A stretch of DNA of 64,000 nt, taken from Gemmatimonadota bacterium (GTDB lineage: Bacteria; Gemmatimonadota; Gemmatimonadetes; Palauibacterales; Palauibacteraceae). The stretch lies in the NCBI GenBank assembly GCA_965116475.1, contig OZ220691.1:1024001-1088000 (forward strand). The letters run 5' to 3'. Each line of letters starts with the position of its first letter. The stretch's first letter is position 1. Under the pieces are notes generated by a model. It was not told the DNA's origin, made no database searches, and worked only from the letters and a program-made list of their open reading frames with translations. Shown here in pieces: positions 28,683-39,061 of this stretch. A program made the position numbers and the translations under genes.

Positions 28683-30002
28683 ATGCTGAAACGCACCCCG
28701 ATTTCGTTCCTCGTGCTCGCTGCGGCGGCGATCATCGGGGCCTGCGGCGGCGCCGACTCCGAAGTCTCGTCGGCGGATGGGACGGAGGCGGCGGCGTTCG
28801 CGATCGTGGGCGCGACCGTCATCGACGGCTCGGGAGCCGAACCCGTGCCCGACGCGACGGTCGTGGTCCGCGACGGGCGCATCGAAGCCGTGGGACCGTC
28901 GGTGGAGGTCGAAGCTCCGGCGGACGCCGAGGTTCTGGACGCGGCCGGGCAATACCTCGTTCCCGGCCTCATCAACGCGCACGGTCACGTGGGCGCGACC
29001 CTCGGCCTCGAGGGCGGGCACTACTCGCGGGACAACGTCCTGCGCCAGCTTCGGCTGTACGCGAGCTACGGCGTCACCACCGTCGTGAGCCTCGGCGGCG
29101 ACGAACCCGCCGGCGTCGAGGTGCGCGACGAACAGGAGGTGCCGTCGCTCGAGCGGGCCCGGCTCTACGTGGCGGGTGCCGTGGTGGCGGGGATCACGCC
29201 GGGGGCCGCGCTCGAGATGGTGCACGGGAACGCGGTGATGGGGGTCGACTTCATAAAGATCCGGGTCGACGACAACCTCGGGAGCACGTACAAGATGACG
29301 CCGGACGTGTACGGGGCGGTGATCGAGGGGGCGCACGAACTCGGGCTTCCGGTCGCGGCGCACCTGTTCTACCTCGAGGACGCGCACGGGCTGCTCGACG
29401 CTGGAGCCGACTTCATCGTGCACAGCGTCCGCGACCGGGACGTGGACGACGCGCTCGCGACCCGGCTCATCGAAGCCGATGTCTGCTACTCGCCGACGCT
29501 GACGCGCGAGGTCTCGACCTTCGTGTACGAGAGCGAGCCGGAGTTCTTCTCGGATCCCTTCTTCCTCGCCTCCGCGGAGTCGGCGGTGCTCGAAGCCCTG
29601 CGCGCCCCGGAGAGCATGGCGCGCTACCGCGGCAGCGAGTCGGCCCAGCGCTACAAGGAGGCGCTCGCGCAGGCCCAGGAGAACCTCGGCGCGCTGTCCG
29701 ATGCCGGCGTGACCATCGCCATGGGCACCGACACCGGCCCGCCCGCCCGCTTCCAGGGCTACTTCGAGCACATGGAACTCGCGCTCATGGCGGAGTCGGG
29801 CATGTCGCCGATGGAGATCCTCGTTGCTTCCACGGGCGACGCCGCACGCTGCGCGGGGCTCGAAGGCGTCGGCACGATCGAGGCCGGCAACTGGGCCGAC
29901 CTCATCCTCCTCGACGCGGACCCGCTGGAGGGAGTCGAGAACCTGCGCGCCATCGAATCCGTCTGGATCGCCGGCAACGAAGTGCCGTCGGTGTCCGGCT
30001 AA
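28683..30002 (+). CDS. Amidohydrolase family lipoprotein
   Basis: IIGAC lipobox, PGLINAHGH, AAH, IVHS, MGTD, GTIEAGNWADLILLDADPL. Confidence 0.9.
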   Translation: MLKRTPISFLVLAAAAIIGACGGADSEVSSADGTEAAAFAIVGATVIDGSGAEPVPDATVVVRDGRIEAVGPSVEVEAPADAEVLDAAGQYLVPGLINAHGHVGATLGLEGGHYSRDNVLRQLRLYASYGVTTVVSLGGDEPAGVEVRDEQEVPSLERARLYVAGAVVAGITPGAALEMVHGNAVMGVDFIKIRVDDNLGSTYKMTPDVYGAVIEGAHELGLPVAAHLFYLEDAHGLLDAGADFIVHSVRDRDVDDALATRLIEADVCYSPTLTREVSTFVYESEPEFFSDPFFLASAESAVLEALRAPESMARYRGSESAQRYKEALAQAQENLGALSDAGVTIAMGTDTGPPARFQGYFEHMELALMAESGMSPMEILVASTGDAARCAGLEGVGTIEAGNWADLILLDADPLEGVENLRAIESVWIAGNEVPSVSG

Positions 30003-31252
30003 CCCGGGCTCCGTTCGCGCAGGTCGAGGATCGGGGGGGCGTCCTCGGGGATCGTGCCCGGTTCGACGGCGCGGACGTCCACGCGGAGGCGGGTCGTCTC
30101 CCGGAGGCGGGCGGCGAGTTCTTCCAGATCGGGCTGGCGGTGCCCCGTGGGTTCGACGGACACCGCCAACAGATCGCGATGCTCCTGCTCGGTGACCGCC
30201 GCCTGGTAGCGCCGCACGCCCGGAGCGCCGACGAGGGCCTCCGCCAGTTGCCGCGGATGGACGAACATGCCGCGCACCTTCACTCCCTCGCCGATCCGGC
30301 CCAGGAAGCCGGCCAGCCGGGGCGAGGTCCGTCCGCAGTCGCACCCGTCGGAACGGAACGCCGACAGGTCGCCCGTGCCGAAGCGGACGAGCGGGTAGAC
30401 CGGGTTGGCGCTCGTGACGACGACCTCGCCGGGTTCGCCGGGCGCGCACGGCTCGCGCGTGCCGGGGTCCAGCACTTCGACGACGATGCCGGGCGCCACA
30501 TGCCAGCCGTCCTTCGCTTCGCACTCGTAGCCGATGGCCCCGGCGTCGGCGGTCCCGTACGCCTGGAAGACCGAGACGCCGTGGCCCTCCTCCAGCAGCC
30601 TGCGGAGGTCGGGAGGCAGCGGCGCACCGCTGACGAGCGCGCGGCGCAGGGTCGCGGGGATTCCGTCTTCCCTCCCCCGCTCCAGCAGGGTCAGGAGAAA
30701 CTGCGGCGTGCCCACGTATGCGGCGGCTCCGACCTGTGACGCGAAGGCGGCCTGGGCCGACGTGTTCCCCACCCCGCCCGCCACGACCACGCACCCCACG
30801 GCGCGCAACCCCGCATCCATCATGTGACCGCCCGGGGTCAGGTGATACGAGAAGGTGTTGAGCACCACGTCGCCGCGCTCGAACCCCGCCGCGCGGAAGG
30901 CCGGGGCCATGCGCCAGTAGTCCGCCCGCTGGCCCTCGGGATCGTTGATCGGGCCGGGGGAGCGGTGGATGCGCCGCAGCGCCCCCACATCCACGCCCAG
31001 CATCCCGCCGAAGGGCGGCTGGGCCGCCTGCAGATCCGGCAGGTCATCCTTCGCCAGCACCGCCACGTCCCGCAGCCCCGCCACGCCGCGCGGCTCGGGG
31101 TGCGCGACCCCGGCTTCCCGCAGGCGGACTCCGGCTTCTCCGCTGCGCTCGAGCGCCAGGCGGACGGCCTCGTCCGCGAGCGCATCCTGCGCCGCGCCCC
31201 AGTCGGGCGGCGCTTCCGCCGCGTCCAGGGGACGACGCCCCACCGCCCTCAC
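29999..31252 (-). CDS. Phenylacetate-CoA ligase-like AMP-binding protein
   Basis: SPGPINDPEG, FSYHLTPGG, QAYGTAD, RFGTGDLS, VKVRGMFVHP. Confidence 0.85.
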   Translation of the reverse strand: MRAVGRRPLDAAEAPPDWGAAQDALADEAVRLALERSGEAGVRLREAGVAHPEPRGVAGLRDVAVLAKDDLPDLQAAQPPFGGMLGVDVGALRRIHRSPGPINDPEGQRADYWRMAPAFRAAGFERGDVVLNTFSYHLTPGGHMMDAGLRAVGCVVVAGGVGNTSAQAAFASQVGAAAYVGTPQFLLTLLERGREDGIPATLRRALVSGAPLPPDLRRLLEEGHGVSVFQAYGTADAGAIGYECEAKDGWHVAPGIVVEVLDPGTREPCAPGEPGEVVVTSANPVYPLVRFGTGDLSAFRSDGCDCGRTSPRLAGFLGRIGEGVKVRGMFVHPRQLAEALVGAPGVRRYQAAVTEQEHRDLLAVSVEPTGHRQPDLEELAARLRETTRLRVDVRAVEPGTIPEDAPPILDLRERSPG

Positions 31253-32058
31253 GACAGCCACCGCTTGCGGCGGCGATAGTGCTTCACGTCGCGATACGAG
31301 CGGCGCCCGATCTCGCTCAGACCCAGGTAGAACTCGCGCACGTCCTCGTTCTTCCCCAGTTCCTCCGCGGAACCCTCCAGCACCACGCGGCCCGATTCCA
31401 TGACGTAGCCGTAGTCCGCGATGGAGAGCGCGAGGCGCGCGTTCTGCTCGACGAGCAGGATGGTCGTCCCCTCCTCTTCTCTGATCCGCCGGATGATCTC
31501 GAAGATCTCCTGCACGAGGATCGGCGCGAGCCCCAGCGACGGCTCATCGAGCAGCATGAGCCGCGGGCGAGCCATGAGCGCGCGACCGAGGGCGAGCATC
31601 TGCTGCTCGCCGCCCGACAGGTAGCCCGCCCACTGGCGGCGGCGCTCGGCCAGCCGCGGAAAATACCCGTAGACCCGTTCGAGATCCGCCGGCACGCCTC
31701 CGCGGTCCCGGCGCGTGTGCGCCCCCGCGAGCAGGTTCTCGTGCACCGTGAGGTGCTCGAACACGTGCCGCCCCTCGACGACCTGGAAAACCCCCCGGCG
31801 CACGATGCGGTCGGCGGGCAGGCCGTGGATCTCGTGGCCGTCGAAGCGGATCGATCCGTCCGTGACCTCCCCGTCCTCGACCTTGAGCAGACCCGAGATC
31901 GCCTTGAGCGTCGTCGTCTTCCCGGCCCCGTTCGAGCCGAGGAGCGAGACGATGTGCCCCTCCGGCACCTCCAGCGACAGTCCACGCAGGACGAGGATCA
32001 CGTCGTCGTAGAGGACCTCGACGCTGTTGAGTTCGAGCAGCGGGTTCGACCGGCTCAC
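31249..32058 (-). CDS. Liv-type ABC ATP-binding protein (LivF-like)
   Basis: GSNGAGKTT, LSGGEQQM, LLDEPSLGLAP, VEQNA; GTGA overlap start. Confidence 0.92.
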   Translation of the reverse strand: MSRSNPLLELNSVEVLYDDVILVLRGLSLEVPEGHIVSLLGSNGAGKTTTLKAISGLLKVEDGEVTDGSIRFDGHEIHGLPADRIVRRGVFQVVEGRHVFEHLTVHENLLAGAHTRRDRGGVPADLERVYGYFPRLAERRRQWAGYLSGGEQQMLALGRALMARPRLMLLDEPSLGLAPILVQEIFEIIRRIREEEGTTILLVEQNARLALSIADYGYVMESGRVVLEGSAEELGKNEDVREFYLGLSEIGRRSYRDVKHYRRRKRWLS

Positions 32059-33275
32059 GGCGCCGTGAGGACTTCCGTCAGCGGGGTCCACCTTCCGTCT
32101 TCGGCGCGGAAGAGCCGGAGCCCCTTCGACCCCCGGTGGTCGCTCGGCGTGAAGGTGAGTGGCGGCCCGGCGCCGCCCGTGTCGAGCCCATCGATCGTCT
32201 CCAGCGCCCGCTTGATGTTCTCGCCGGTCACTTCCTGCCCCGCGTCGAGCACGCGCCGGATCCCCTCGACGAACACCCCCATCGTCCACCACCCCTGCGT
32301 GTACGCGTTCGTCTTCTCCGCGTAGTCGTCGCCCCGGGACTCGAGGTAGTCGCGGATGTCCCGAATCCCCGGCACATCGGCGGTGAGCGGCGCCCACGGG
32401 ATCGCCCCGACCACCCCTTCGGCCGCGTCCTCCGCCAGCCTCCACAGGAGCGCATTGGCGCACCAGTTCAGGCACACGAAGGTGGCGTCGATCCCCAGCC
32501 CGCGCGCGTTCCGCAGGGCGACGGCCGCCGGCGCGGACGTGTTCTGGAACACCACGTAGGTCGCGCCCGACTGGCCGATGCGGGAGAACTCCGCCGTGTA
32601 GTCGGTCGCGCCGCGCGGCATCTCGTAGGGCGTGACGTCGACGCCGATCTCCCGCGCGTAGTCCTCGCCCCCCTGCACCCACGGCGACAGGCCGAACGGA
32701 CTCGCGTTGTGCATGAACGCGACCCGCGCGTTCCCTTCTCCGCCGTTCGCCCGGTGGTCCTCCGCGATCCAGCGCAGCACGATCCGGAACTGGTCGCTGT
32801 AGCTCGTCGCCACGAGGAAGTTGTACGGCGACTCGTGCGCGTCTCCGAGCACGTGCGAGAGGGAGGCCGAGGAGAACGGGATGCGGTCCTCCGTGATCCG
32901 CAGCCGGAGCGCCTCCGTGTCGCCCGTCCCCCAGCCCATGAAGATGAGCGCGCCCTCCTGCACGAACTGCGTGTAGAGCTGTTCGGCCCGGTCAACCTGG
33001 TAGCCGTAGTCCTGGTAGATGAGCCGGATCGGCCGCCCCCCGACGCCGCCCCGCGCGTTGAGCCACTCGACGTGCCCCCTGACCGCCTCGGCGTAGTCGA
33101 CCCCCACATCGGCCGTCGGCCCCGTGAGGTCGAAGATGGCCGCGATCAGGATCTCGTTCTCCGCCCTCTCCCCCGAGCCCCCGCAACCGGCGAGCGCGAG
33201 GGACAGGCTGAGACCGCCCCCGGCGATGGCGACGAAAACGGATCGGCTGGAGCGCATTTCCGGAGACCTCTTCAT
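32055..33275 (-). CDS. Liv-type ABC substrate-binding lipoprotein
   Basis: LAGC lipobox, DLTGPTA, GWGTGDT, FTPSDHRG. Confidence 0.9.
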   Translation of the reverse strand: MKRSPEMRSSRSVFVAIAGGGLSLSLALAGCGGSGERAENEILIAAIFDLTGPTADVGVDYAEAVRGHVEWLNARGGVGGRPIRLIYQDYGYQVDRAEQLYTQFVQEGALIFMGWGTGDTEALRLRITEDRIPFSSASLSHVLGDAHESPYNFLVATSYSDQFRIVLRWIAEDHRANGGEGNARVAFMHNASPFGLSPWVQGGEDYAREIGVDVTPYEMPRGATDYTAEFSRIGQSGATYVVFQNTSAPAAVALRNARGLGIDATFVCLNWCANALLWRLAEDAAEGVVGAIPWAPLTADVPGIRDIRDYLESRGDDYAEKTNAYTQGWWTMGVFVEGIRRVLDAGQEVTGENIKRALETIDGLDTGGAGPPLTFTPSDHRGSKGLRLFRAEDGRWTPLTEVLTAP

Positions 33276-33305
33276 GTCGTGAAGCCTTACCGACTTCGGA
33301 GTCGA

Positions 33306-34367
33306 TCAGCGGCCCTCGCCGCGGCGGTACGCGAAGGGCCAGACGTAGAAGTAGTCTTTCACGTTGCGCCACAGTTTGGACAGGCCCTCGGGCTCGAACA
33401 CGAGGAAGAGGATGATGACGAGCCCGAACGCCGCCTGCTGCACGCTGGGCAGGAGGGCCGCGACCGCGGGCGCCGACCCCTGCAGTTCCCGCCCCACCGT
33501 CGCGATCATCGCGGGGAGCAGGGTGATGAGCGCCGCGCCGAACAGCGAGCCGCGGATCGTCCCCAGTCCTCCGACGATGATCATCGCCAGGTACAGGATG
33601 CTGGTCTCGAAGGTGAAGCGCTCCCACGAGATGATGTTGCGGTAGTACGCCGTGAGAGCGCCGGCCAGCCCCACGAAGAACGACGAGGTCGCGAAGGCGA
33701 GGAGCTTGGTCCCGAACACGTTCACGCCGATGACGCTGGCGGCGATGTCCTGGTCGCGCACGGCCACGAAGGAGCGGCCGATGCGCGAGCGGAAGAGGTT
33801 GGCGGTGAAGAGCGCCGTGGCGCCCGCCAGGGCGACGCCGAGCCAGTAGAAGCCGAAGTCCGTGTTCAGCCGCTGTCCGAAGAGCCGCGGGGCCGGGACG
33901 ACGACGGCTTCGACGCCTCCCGTGAGCGCGGGCCAGTGCGTGACGACCCACTCGACGATCTCCTGCGCGGCCAGCGTGGAAATCGCGAGGTAGAGCCCCT
34001 TGAGGCGCAGCGAGGGGAGACCGAAGAAGACGCCTACCGCCGCCGTCGCGAAGCAGGCGGCGACGATGCTCACGCCCCACGGCAGGCCCAGCCGCAGCGT
34101 GAGCAGCGCGGAGGTGTACGCCCCGACGGCCATGAAGGCGCCCTGCCCCAGCGAGATCTGCCCCGTGTAGCCGACGAGGATGTTGAGCCCCAGCGCGCCG
34201 ATGGTGGCGATCGCGATCTGGTTCGCGAGGTTGAGCCAGTACGGCGACGCGAGGAACGGGAAGACGAGGAGCGCGCACATGAACAGCCCGAGCCGCACGC
34301 GCTCCGCCGGCACGCGCCGGAGCCCCATGTCGGTCCGATAGTTCGTGTGAAAGACGCCGCTCTCCAC
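33306..34367 (-). CDS. Liv-type ABC permease (LivM-like)
   Basis: GLNILVGYTGQISLG, RLKGLYLA, MIIVGGLG. Confidence 0.92.
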   Translation of the reverse strand: MESGVFHTNYRTDMGLRRVPAERVRLGLFMCALLVFPFLASPYWLNLANQIAIATIGALGLNILVGYTGQISLGQGAFMAVGAYTSALLTLRLGLPWGVSIVAACFATAAVGVFFGLPSLRLKGLYLAISTLAAQEIVEWVVTHWPALTGGVEAVVVPAPRLFGQRLNTDFGFYWLGVALAGATALFTANLFRSRIGRSFVAVRDQDIAASVIGVNVFGTKLLAFATSSFFVGLAGALTAYYRNIISWERFTFETSILYLAMIIVGGLGTIRGSLFGAALITLLPAMIATVGRELQGSAPAVAALLPSVQQAAFGLVIILFLVFEPEGLSKLWRNVKDYFYVWPFAYRRGEGR

Positions 34368-34396
34368 GCGATGCTCCTGTTCGCCGGTCCGCGCGC

Positions 34397-35269
34397 CTAC
34401 ACGCGCTCGATGATTTCTCTGCCGAAGAGTCCGTACGGGCGGACCATGAGGACGATAATCAGCACGACGTACGGGACGATGAGGTTGAGCCCGTGGCCGA
34501 TGTAACCGCCCGCATAGAATTCAAGCAGTCCGATGATCGCGCCTCCGACGACCGCCCCGCGGATCGAGTCGAGTCCCCCCAGGATCACGACCGGGAAGAC
34601 GCGCAGGCCGATCTGCGCCACGTTCGGGGTCACGCCCACGATGTTGCCGAGCATGATTCCGCCGATGGCGGCCGTCACCGCCGCCAGCGCCCACGCGGTC
34701 GCGAACACGCGCGGGATGCTGATCCCCATGCTGAGCGCCGCCTGCTGGTCGTCGGCGATGGCCCGCATGGCGATCCCGCTTCGCGTGCGCCGGAAGAAGA
34801 GCGCCAGTCCCGCGAGCAGCGCGAGCGCGAGCGGGATCGCCACCAGCCGGTCCGCGCTCACCACGGCCGATCCCAGCATCACCTCGCCCTCGGGCAGGAA
34901 GGACGGGAAGGTGCGCGGCTGCGGCCCCCAGATCGCGTGCACGACCGCGCGCAGCACGCTCGAGAGGCCGATCGTGACCATGATCATCGAAACGATGGGC
35001 TCGCCGATCAGCGGCCGGAGCACGGCGCGCTCGATGGCGACGCCGATCCCCGCCGCCACGAGCATCGTCAGCAGGACGCCGGCCGTCCAAGGGAGCCCGA
35101 TCTGGACGAGGGAGAAGAAGATGAGATAGGTCCCGAACAGGAGGAGGTCCCCCTGCGCGAAGTTGATGACGTCGCTCGCCTTGTAGATGACGACGAAGCC
35201 CACCGCGGCGAGCGCGTAGATCATGCCCGTGCCCAGGCCCGCCACCGTCAGTTGCAGGAACTGGTCCAC
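34397..35269 (-). CDS. Liv-type ABC permease (LivH-like)
   Basis: YALAAVGFVVIYK, INFAQG, ILGGLDS, VRPYGLFG. Confidence 0.92.
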   Translation of the reverse strand: MDQFLQLTVAGLGTGMIYALAAVGFVVIYKASDVINFAQGDLLLFGTYLIFFSLVQIGLPWTAGVLLTMLVAAGIGVAIERAVLRPLIGEPIVSMIMVTIGLSSVLRAVVHAIWGPQPRTFPSFLPEGEVMLGSAVVSADRLVAIPLALALLAGLALFFRRTRSGIAMRAIADDQQAALSMGISIPRVFATAWALAAVTAAIGGIMLGNIVGVTPNVAQIGLRVFPVVILGGLDSIRGAVVGGAIIGLLEFYAGGYIGHGLNLIVPYVVLIIVLMVRPYGLFGREIIERV

Positions 35270-35271
35270 GG

Positions 35272-37194
35272 CTACGCCCCTCCGTCCTGCCCGTCCAGGC
35301 GCTCGATCCGCAGGTCGTGCTTCACGCTGGCGGTGCGGCCGTCCTGGTAGGCGATCTCCATCTCCACCGCCACGGTATCCTCCTCCCCGTACAGCGCCTC
35401 GATCAGCGACTCGAAGCGCTCGGCGACGAAGCGGCGGCGCACCTTCCGGGTGCGCGTGAGTTCGGCATCGTCCGCGTGCAGTTCCTTGTGCAGGAGGAGG
35501 AAACGCCGTACGCGGGCCGCCTCGGGCACGTCCCCGTTCACCGACTCGACGTGCGCCCGCACCAGGTCGTAGACCTCGGGCTTCTGCGACAGGTCGGTGA
35601 ACGTCGTGTAGGCGAGCTGCCGCCGCTCCGCCCACTGCCCCGCGTTCTCGAAGTCGATCGCGATGATCCCCGCCACGTAGGGGTGCTCGCCGCCGAACAC
35701 CACCGCTTCGCTCACGTAGGGGCTGAACTTGAGCAGGTTCTCGATGAACTGCGGCGAGAACGTCGTCCCGTCCGCGAGCGACATCACGTCCTTCAGGCGG
35801 TCGACGACCACGAGGTGGCCCTCATCGTCGAAGTATCCCGCGTCGCCCGAGTGCAGCCAGCCGTCCACGAGCGTCTCGCGCGTCGCCTCCGGGTTCTCGA
35901 AGTATCCCTGGAAGACGGCCGGACCCCGCGTCAGGATCTCCCCATCGCCCGCCACCCGGACCTCCATCCCGGGCAGCGGCTCCCCGACCGTCTGGTAGCG
36001 GATGTCGCCGTCCCGGTGCAGCACCGAGATGCCGGCGACCTCCGTCTGCCCGTAGATCTGCTTCAGGTTCACGCCCAGCGCGTGGAAGAAACGGAACACG
36101 TCCGGCCCGAGCGCGGCCCCGCCCGTGTAGGCGTCGCGCAGGTGCCTCAGGCCGAGCTGGTTCTTGATCGGGCGCATGGCGACGACTTCCGCGATCCGGC
36201 GGCGGAGGCGCCGCCGGCCGTCGGGCGTCCGGCCCTCGAACGCGTCGTCGGCCGCCTCCCCGCCGACCTTCATGGCCCACGCCTGGATGCGGCGCTTCAG
36301 CGGCGTCGTGTCCTCCACCATCACCTGCACCTCGGAGACGAGGTTCTCCCAGATGCGGGGCGGCGAGAACATCACGCGCGGCCCGATCTCGCGCAGGTCC
36401 TGCCGCACGGTACCCGGCTCCTCGGGAAAATTCACGGGGAAGCCGACCAGCACGTGACGGGAGACCGTCATCATCTGCTCGCCGATCCAGGCGAGGGGGA
36501 GAAACGAGACGAACTCGTCCTCCGCTTCCATCGGGTCCACAGCCTGCAACTGTCCGGCCATGCTGAGCAGGTTCGTGTGCGAGAGCACGGCGAGCTTGGG
36601 CTTGCTCGTCGTCCCGGAGGTGGTGCACAGGAGCGCGGGATGGCCGGGCCGGACGGCGTCCAGGGCGGCGGCGTACTCGTGCGGCAGCGCGTGGTCGCGC
36701 TCGGCCCCCCGGCGCTCGACATCCGGGAACGCGAGCAGCCCGCGCGCCTCGTAGCGGCCCAGTCCGCGCGGATCGTAGTAGATGATGTGCTCCAGGCGGG
36801 GCAGCGTCTCCCGGATCTCGAGCACCTTGTCGACCTGTTCCTGGTCTTCCGCGATGACGACCCGCGCCCGCGAGGCCGCGAGCAGGTATTCGAGTTCCGT
36901 GGCCACCGCGTCCTGGTAGAGGCCGAGGGGCAGCGCGCCGAGCGACTGGGCCGCCAACTCGCCGATGACCCACTCGGGACGGTTGTCGCCCACGATCGCG
37001 ATCCGGTCGCCGCGCTCGAGACCGAGTTCGCGGAGTCCCATCGCGAAATGGCGCACGCGCCGCGCGTATTCGGTCCACGTGAGACTCTGCCAGATCCCGA
37101 ACTCCTTCTCGCGCATGGCCACGCGCTCGCCATGGTGCGCTGCCTGCAGGCGAAGGAGTCCGGGCAGGCTGCCGTCCACGAACCCGCTGTTCAC
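35272..37194 (-). CDS. Long-chain fatty acid-CoA ligase-like AMP-dependent synthetase
   Basis: TSGTTSKPK, YGQTE, WLHSGDAG, DRLKD, ELTRTRKVRR. Confidence 0.92.
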   Translation of the reverse strand: MNSGFVDGSLPGLLRLQAAHHGERVAMREKEFGIWQSLTWTEYARRVRHFAMGLRELGLERGDRIAIVGDNRPEWVIGELAAQSLGALPLGLYQDAVATELEYLLAASRARVVIAEDQEQVDKVLEIRETLPRLEHIIYYDPRGLGRYEARGLLAFPDVERRGAERDHALPHEYAAALDAVRPGHPALLCTTSGTTSKPKLAVLSHTNLLSMAGQLQAVDPMEAEDEFVSFLPLAWIGEQMMTVSRHVLVGFPVNFPEEPGTVRQDLREIGPRVMFSPPRIWENLVSEVQVMVEDTTPLKRRIQAWAMKVGGEAADDAFEGRTPDGRRRLRRRIAEVVAMRPIKNQLGLRHLRDAYTGGAALGPDVFRFFHALGVNLKQIYGQTEVAGISVLHRDGDIRYQTVGEPLPGMEVRVAGDGEILTRGPAVFQGYFENPEATRETLVDGWLHSGDAGYFDDEGHLVVVDRLKDVMSLADGTTFSPQFIENLLKFSPYVSEAVVFGGEHPYVAGIIAIDFENAGQWAERRQLAYTTFTDLSQKPEVYDLVRAHVESVNGDVPEAARVRRFLLLHKELHADDAELTRTRKVRRRFVAERFESLIEALYGEEDTVAVEMEIAYQDGRTASVKHDLRIERLDGQDGGA

Positions 37195-37234
37195 GAGGTG
37201 CTCACCAAGCGTCCCCGAGGCGCGCGCGAAACGC

Positions 37235-38053
37235 TCACGAGACCGGTCCGGCGGCCGGTTCGCCGTGGCCGAGGTACGCCTCGATCACGCGGGGATTCGC
37301 GCGGACCTCGGCGGGTGTGCCTTCGGCGATGACCTGCCCGAACTCGAGCACGATCACGCGCTCGCAGATGTCCATGATGACGTCCATGTCGTGGTCGATG
37401 ACGACCGGGGTCGTCCCCCATTCCTCGTGTACGTCGAGGATGAAGCGCGCCATCGACTCCTTCTCCTCCGAGTTCATGCCGGCCAGCGGCTCGTCGAGGA
37501 GCAGGATCTCGGGGTCGAGCGCCAGGGCGCGGCCGAGTTCGACGAGCTTCTGCTGTCCGTAGGGGAGGTTGCCGACGACGGCGCGGCGAATCGGCTCCAG
37601 GTTGAGGAAGTCGATCACCTCTTCGACCCGCACCCGGTGCCGGATCTCGCGGCGGCGCTGGAGACCCCAGAAGATCCCGCCCGACAGGACCCCGCCGCGC
37701 ATGTGCACGTGGCGGCCCAGCATGATGTTGTCGAGCGCGGTCATGTGCTTGAAGAGTTCGATGCTCTGGAAGGTGCGAGCGACGCCGAGCCGGGCGATCC
37801 GGTGCGGCGGCAGGCGGTGGAGCGCGTGCGACTCGCCCACGGGGTCTCGCAGCGTGATGGTGCCCTCGGTCGGACGGTAGAGTCCCGAAATGCAGTTGAG
37901 GACGCTCGTCTTGCCCGCCCCGTTCGGGCCGATGAGCGCGAGGAGTTCGCCGCCGCGGATGTCGAGGCGCACGTTCTCGAGCGCCGTCACGCCCCCGAAG
38001 CGGAGGGTGACACCGTCCAGGTACACGCTGGCTCGGCCGTCGGGCTCGTTCAT
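37235..38053 (-). CDS. Liv-type ABC ATP-binding protein (LivG-like)
   Basis: GPNGAGKTS, LPYGQQK, LLDEPLAG, HDMD, VIEAYLG. Confidence 0.92.
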   Translation of the reverse strand: MNEPDGRASVYLDGVTLRFGGVTALENVRLDIRGGELLALIGPNGAGKTSVLNCISGLYRPTEGTITLRDPVGESHALHRLPPHRIARLGVARTFQSIELFKHMTALDNIMLGRHVHMRGGVLSGGIFWGLQRRREIRHRVRVEEVIDFLNLEPIRRAVVGNLPYGQQKLVELGRALALDPEILLLDEPLAGMNSEEKESMARFILDVHEEWGTTPVVIDHDMDVIMDICERVIVLEFGQVIAEGTPAEVRANPRVIEAYLGHGEPAAGPVS

Positions 38054-38146
38054 GTCTGCGCCTGCCGCGGCTCGGGACCGTTCGGGAAACCCCGGGGAAA
38101 ACGGGAAGTAGTTGACGGGCGGGCCTCCGGCAATCCTTATGAACAT

Positions 38147-39061
38147 ATGTTGCGTCTCCGGCCGCCCCCCGCCCCGATCCTCGCCACCGCGCTGGCCGCC
38201 GTGCTCGCCGCCGCCGCCGTGGCGGGCATGACGGCGCGATCCGACCGGCCGCCGGACGCGATCGCCGGGGAAACCGCCGGGGAGGCCGCCGCGGAGGCGA
38301 GCGCCGCGACCCTCCGCGAGCGCGCGGCCGCGCGGGACCGGCTCCTCGAGCGCGAACCCGGACTGGCCCAGGCGCGGGCGGAATGGGGCCGGGACTTCTA
38401 CTTCACGCGCGCCATCTACTCCGGTTCCCGCGGCTGGTGGGGGGGAGGACGGGGGCGCGGCACCTGGGCCACGGACTTCCCGAAGGCCGACCGCCAGTTT
38501 CTCTTCATCCTCCATCGCCTGCTCGCGATGCTGGACCTGCACGAGTGGGAGAACCCGGTCGCGCTCGACGACCCCGAACTGCGCCGCTTCCCCTTCCTCT
38601 ACATGCTGGAAGTCGGCTACATGAATCTCTCCGAGCCCGAAATCGAGGGGCTCCGGGGCTACCTCGAGGCGGGCGGGTTCCTCGTGGTGGACGACTTCTG
38701 GGGAGAGGAGGCGTGGTACAACCTCGAGTACCACATGTCGCGCATCCTGCCCGGCCGCCCGATCGAGCCGATCCCGCTGGACCATCCGATCTTCCACCAG
38801 TTCTACGACATCGACGAACTCCTGACGGTGCCGAGCATCAACAGGGCCATGCGCGGGCGCTACGAGGAGTGCTGGGGCCCGTGCACGCCCACGGTCAGCG
38901 GGATCTTCAACGACCGCGGCGAGCTGATGGTCGTCATCAACCACAACACGGATCTGGGCGACGCGTGGGAGTGGTCCGAGAACCCGTACTACCCGATCGA
39001 CCGGTCGACCTACGCCTACGAGCTGGCCATCAACTACATCATCTACGGCCTCAGCCACTGA
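38147..39061 (+). CDS. DUF4159 domain exported protein
   Basis: FTRAIY, WATDFPKAD, FPFLY, GGFLVVDDFWG, HPIFH, NTDLGDAWE. Confidence 0.8.
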   Translation: MLRLRPPPAPILATALAAVLAAAAVAGMTARSDRPPDAIAGETAGEAAAEASAATLRERAAARDRLLEREPGLAQARAEWGRDFYFTRAIYSGSRGWWGGGRGRGTWATDFPKADRQFLFILHRLLAMLDLHEWENPVALDDPELRRFPFLYMLEVGYMNLSEPEIEGLRGYLEAGGFLVVDDFWGEEAWYNLEYHMSRILPGRPIEPIPLDHPIFHQFYDIDELLTVPSINRAMRGRYEECWGPCTPTVSGIFNDRGELMVVINHNTDLGDAWEWSENPYYPIDRSTYAYELAINYIIYGLSH

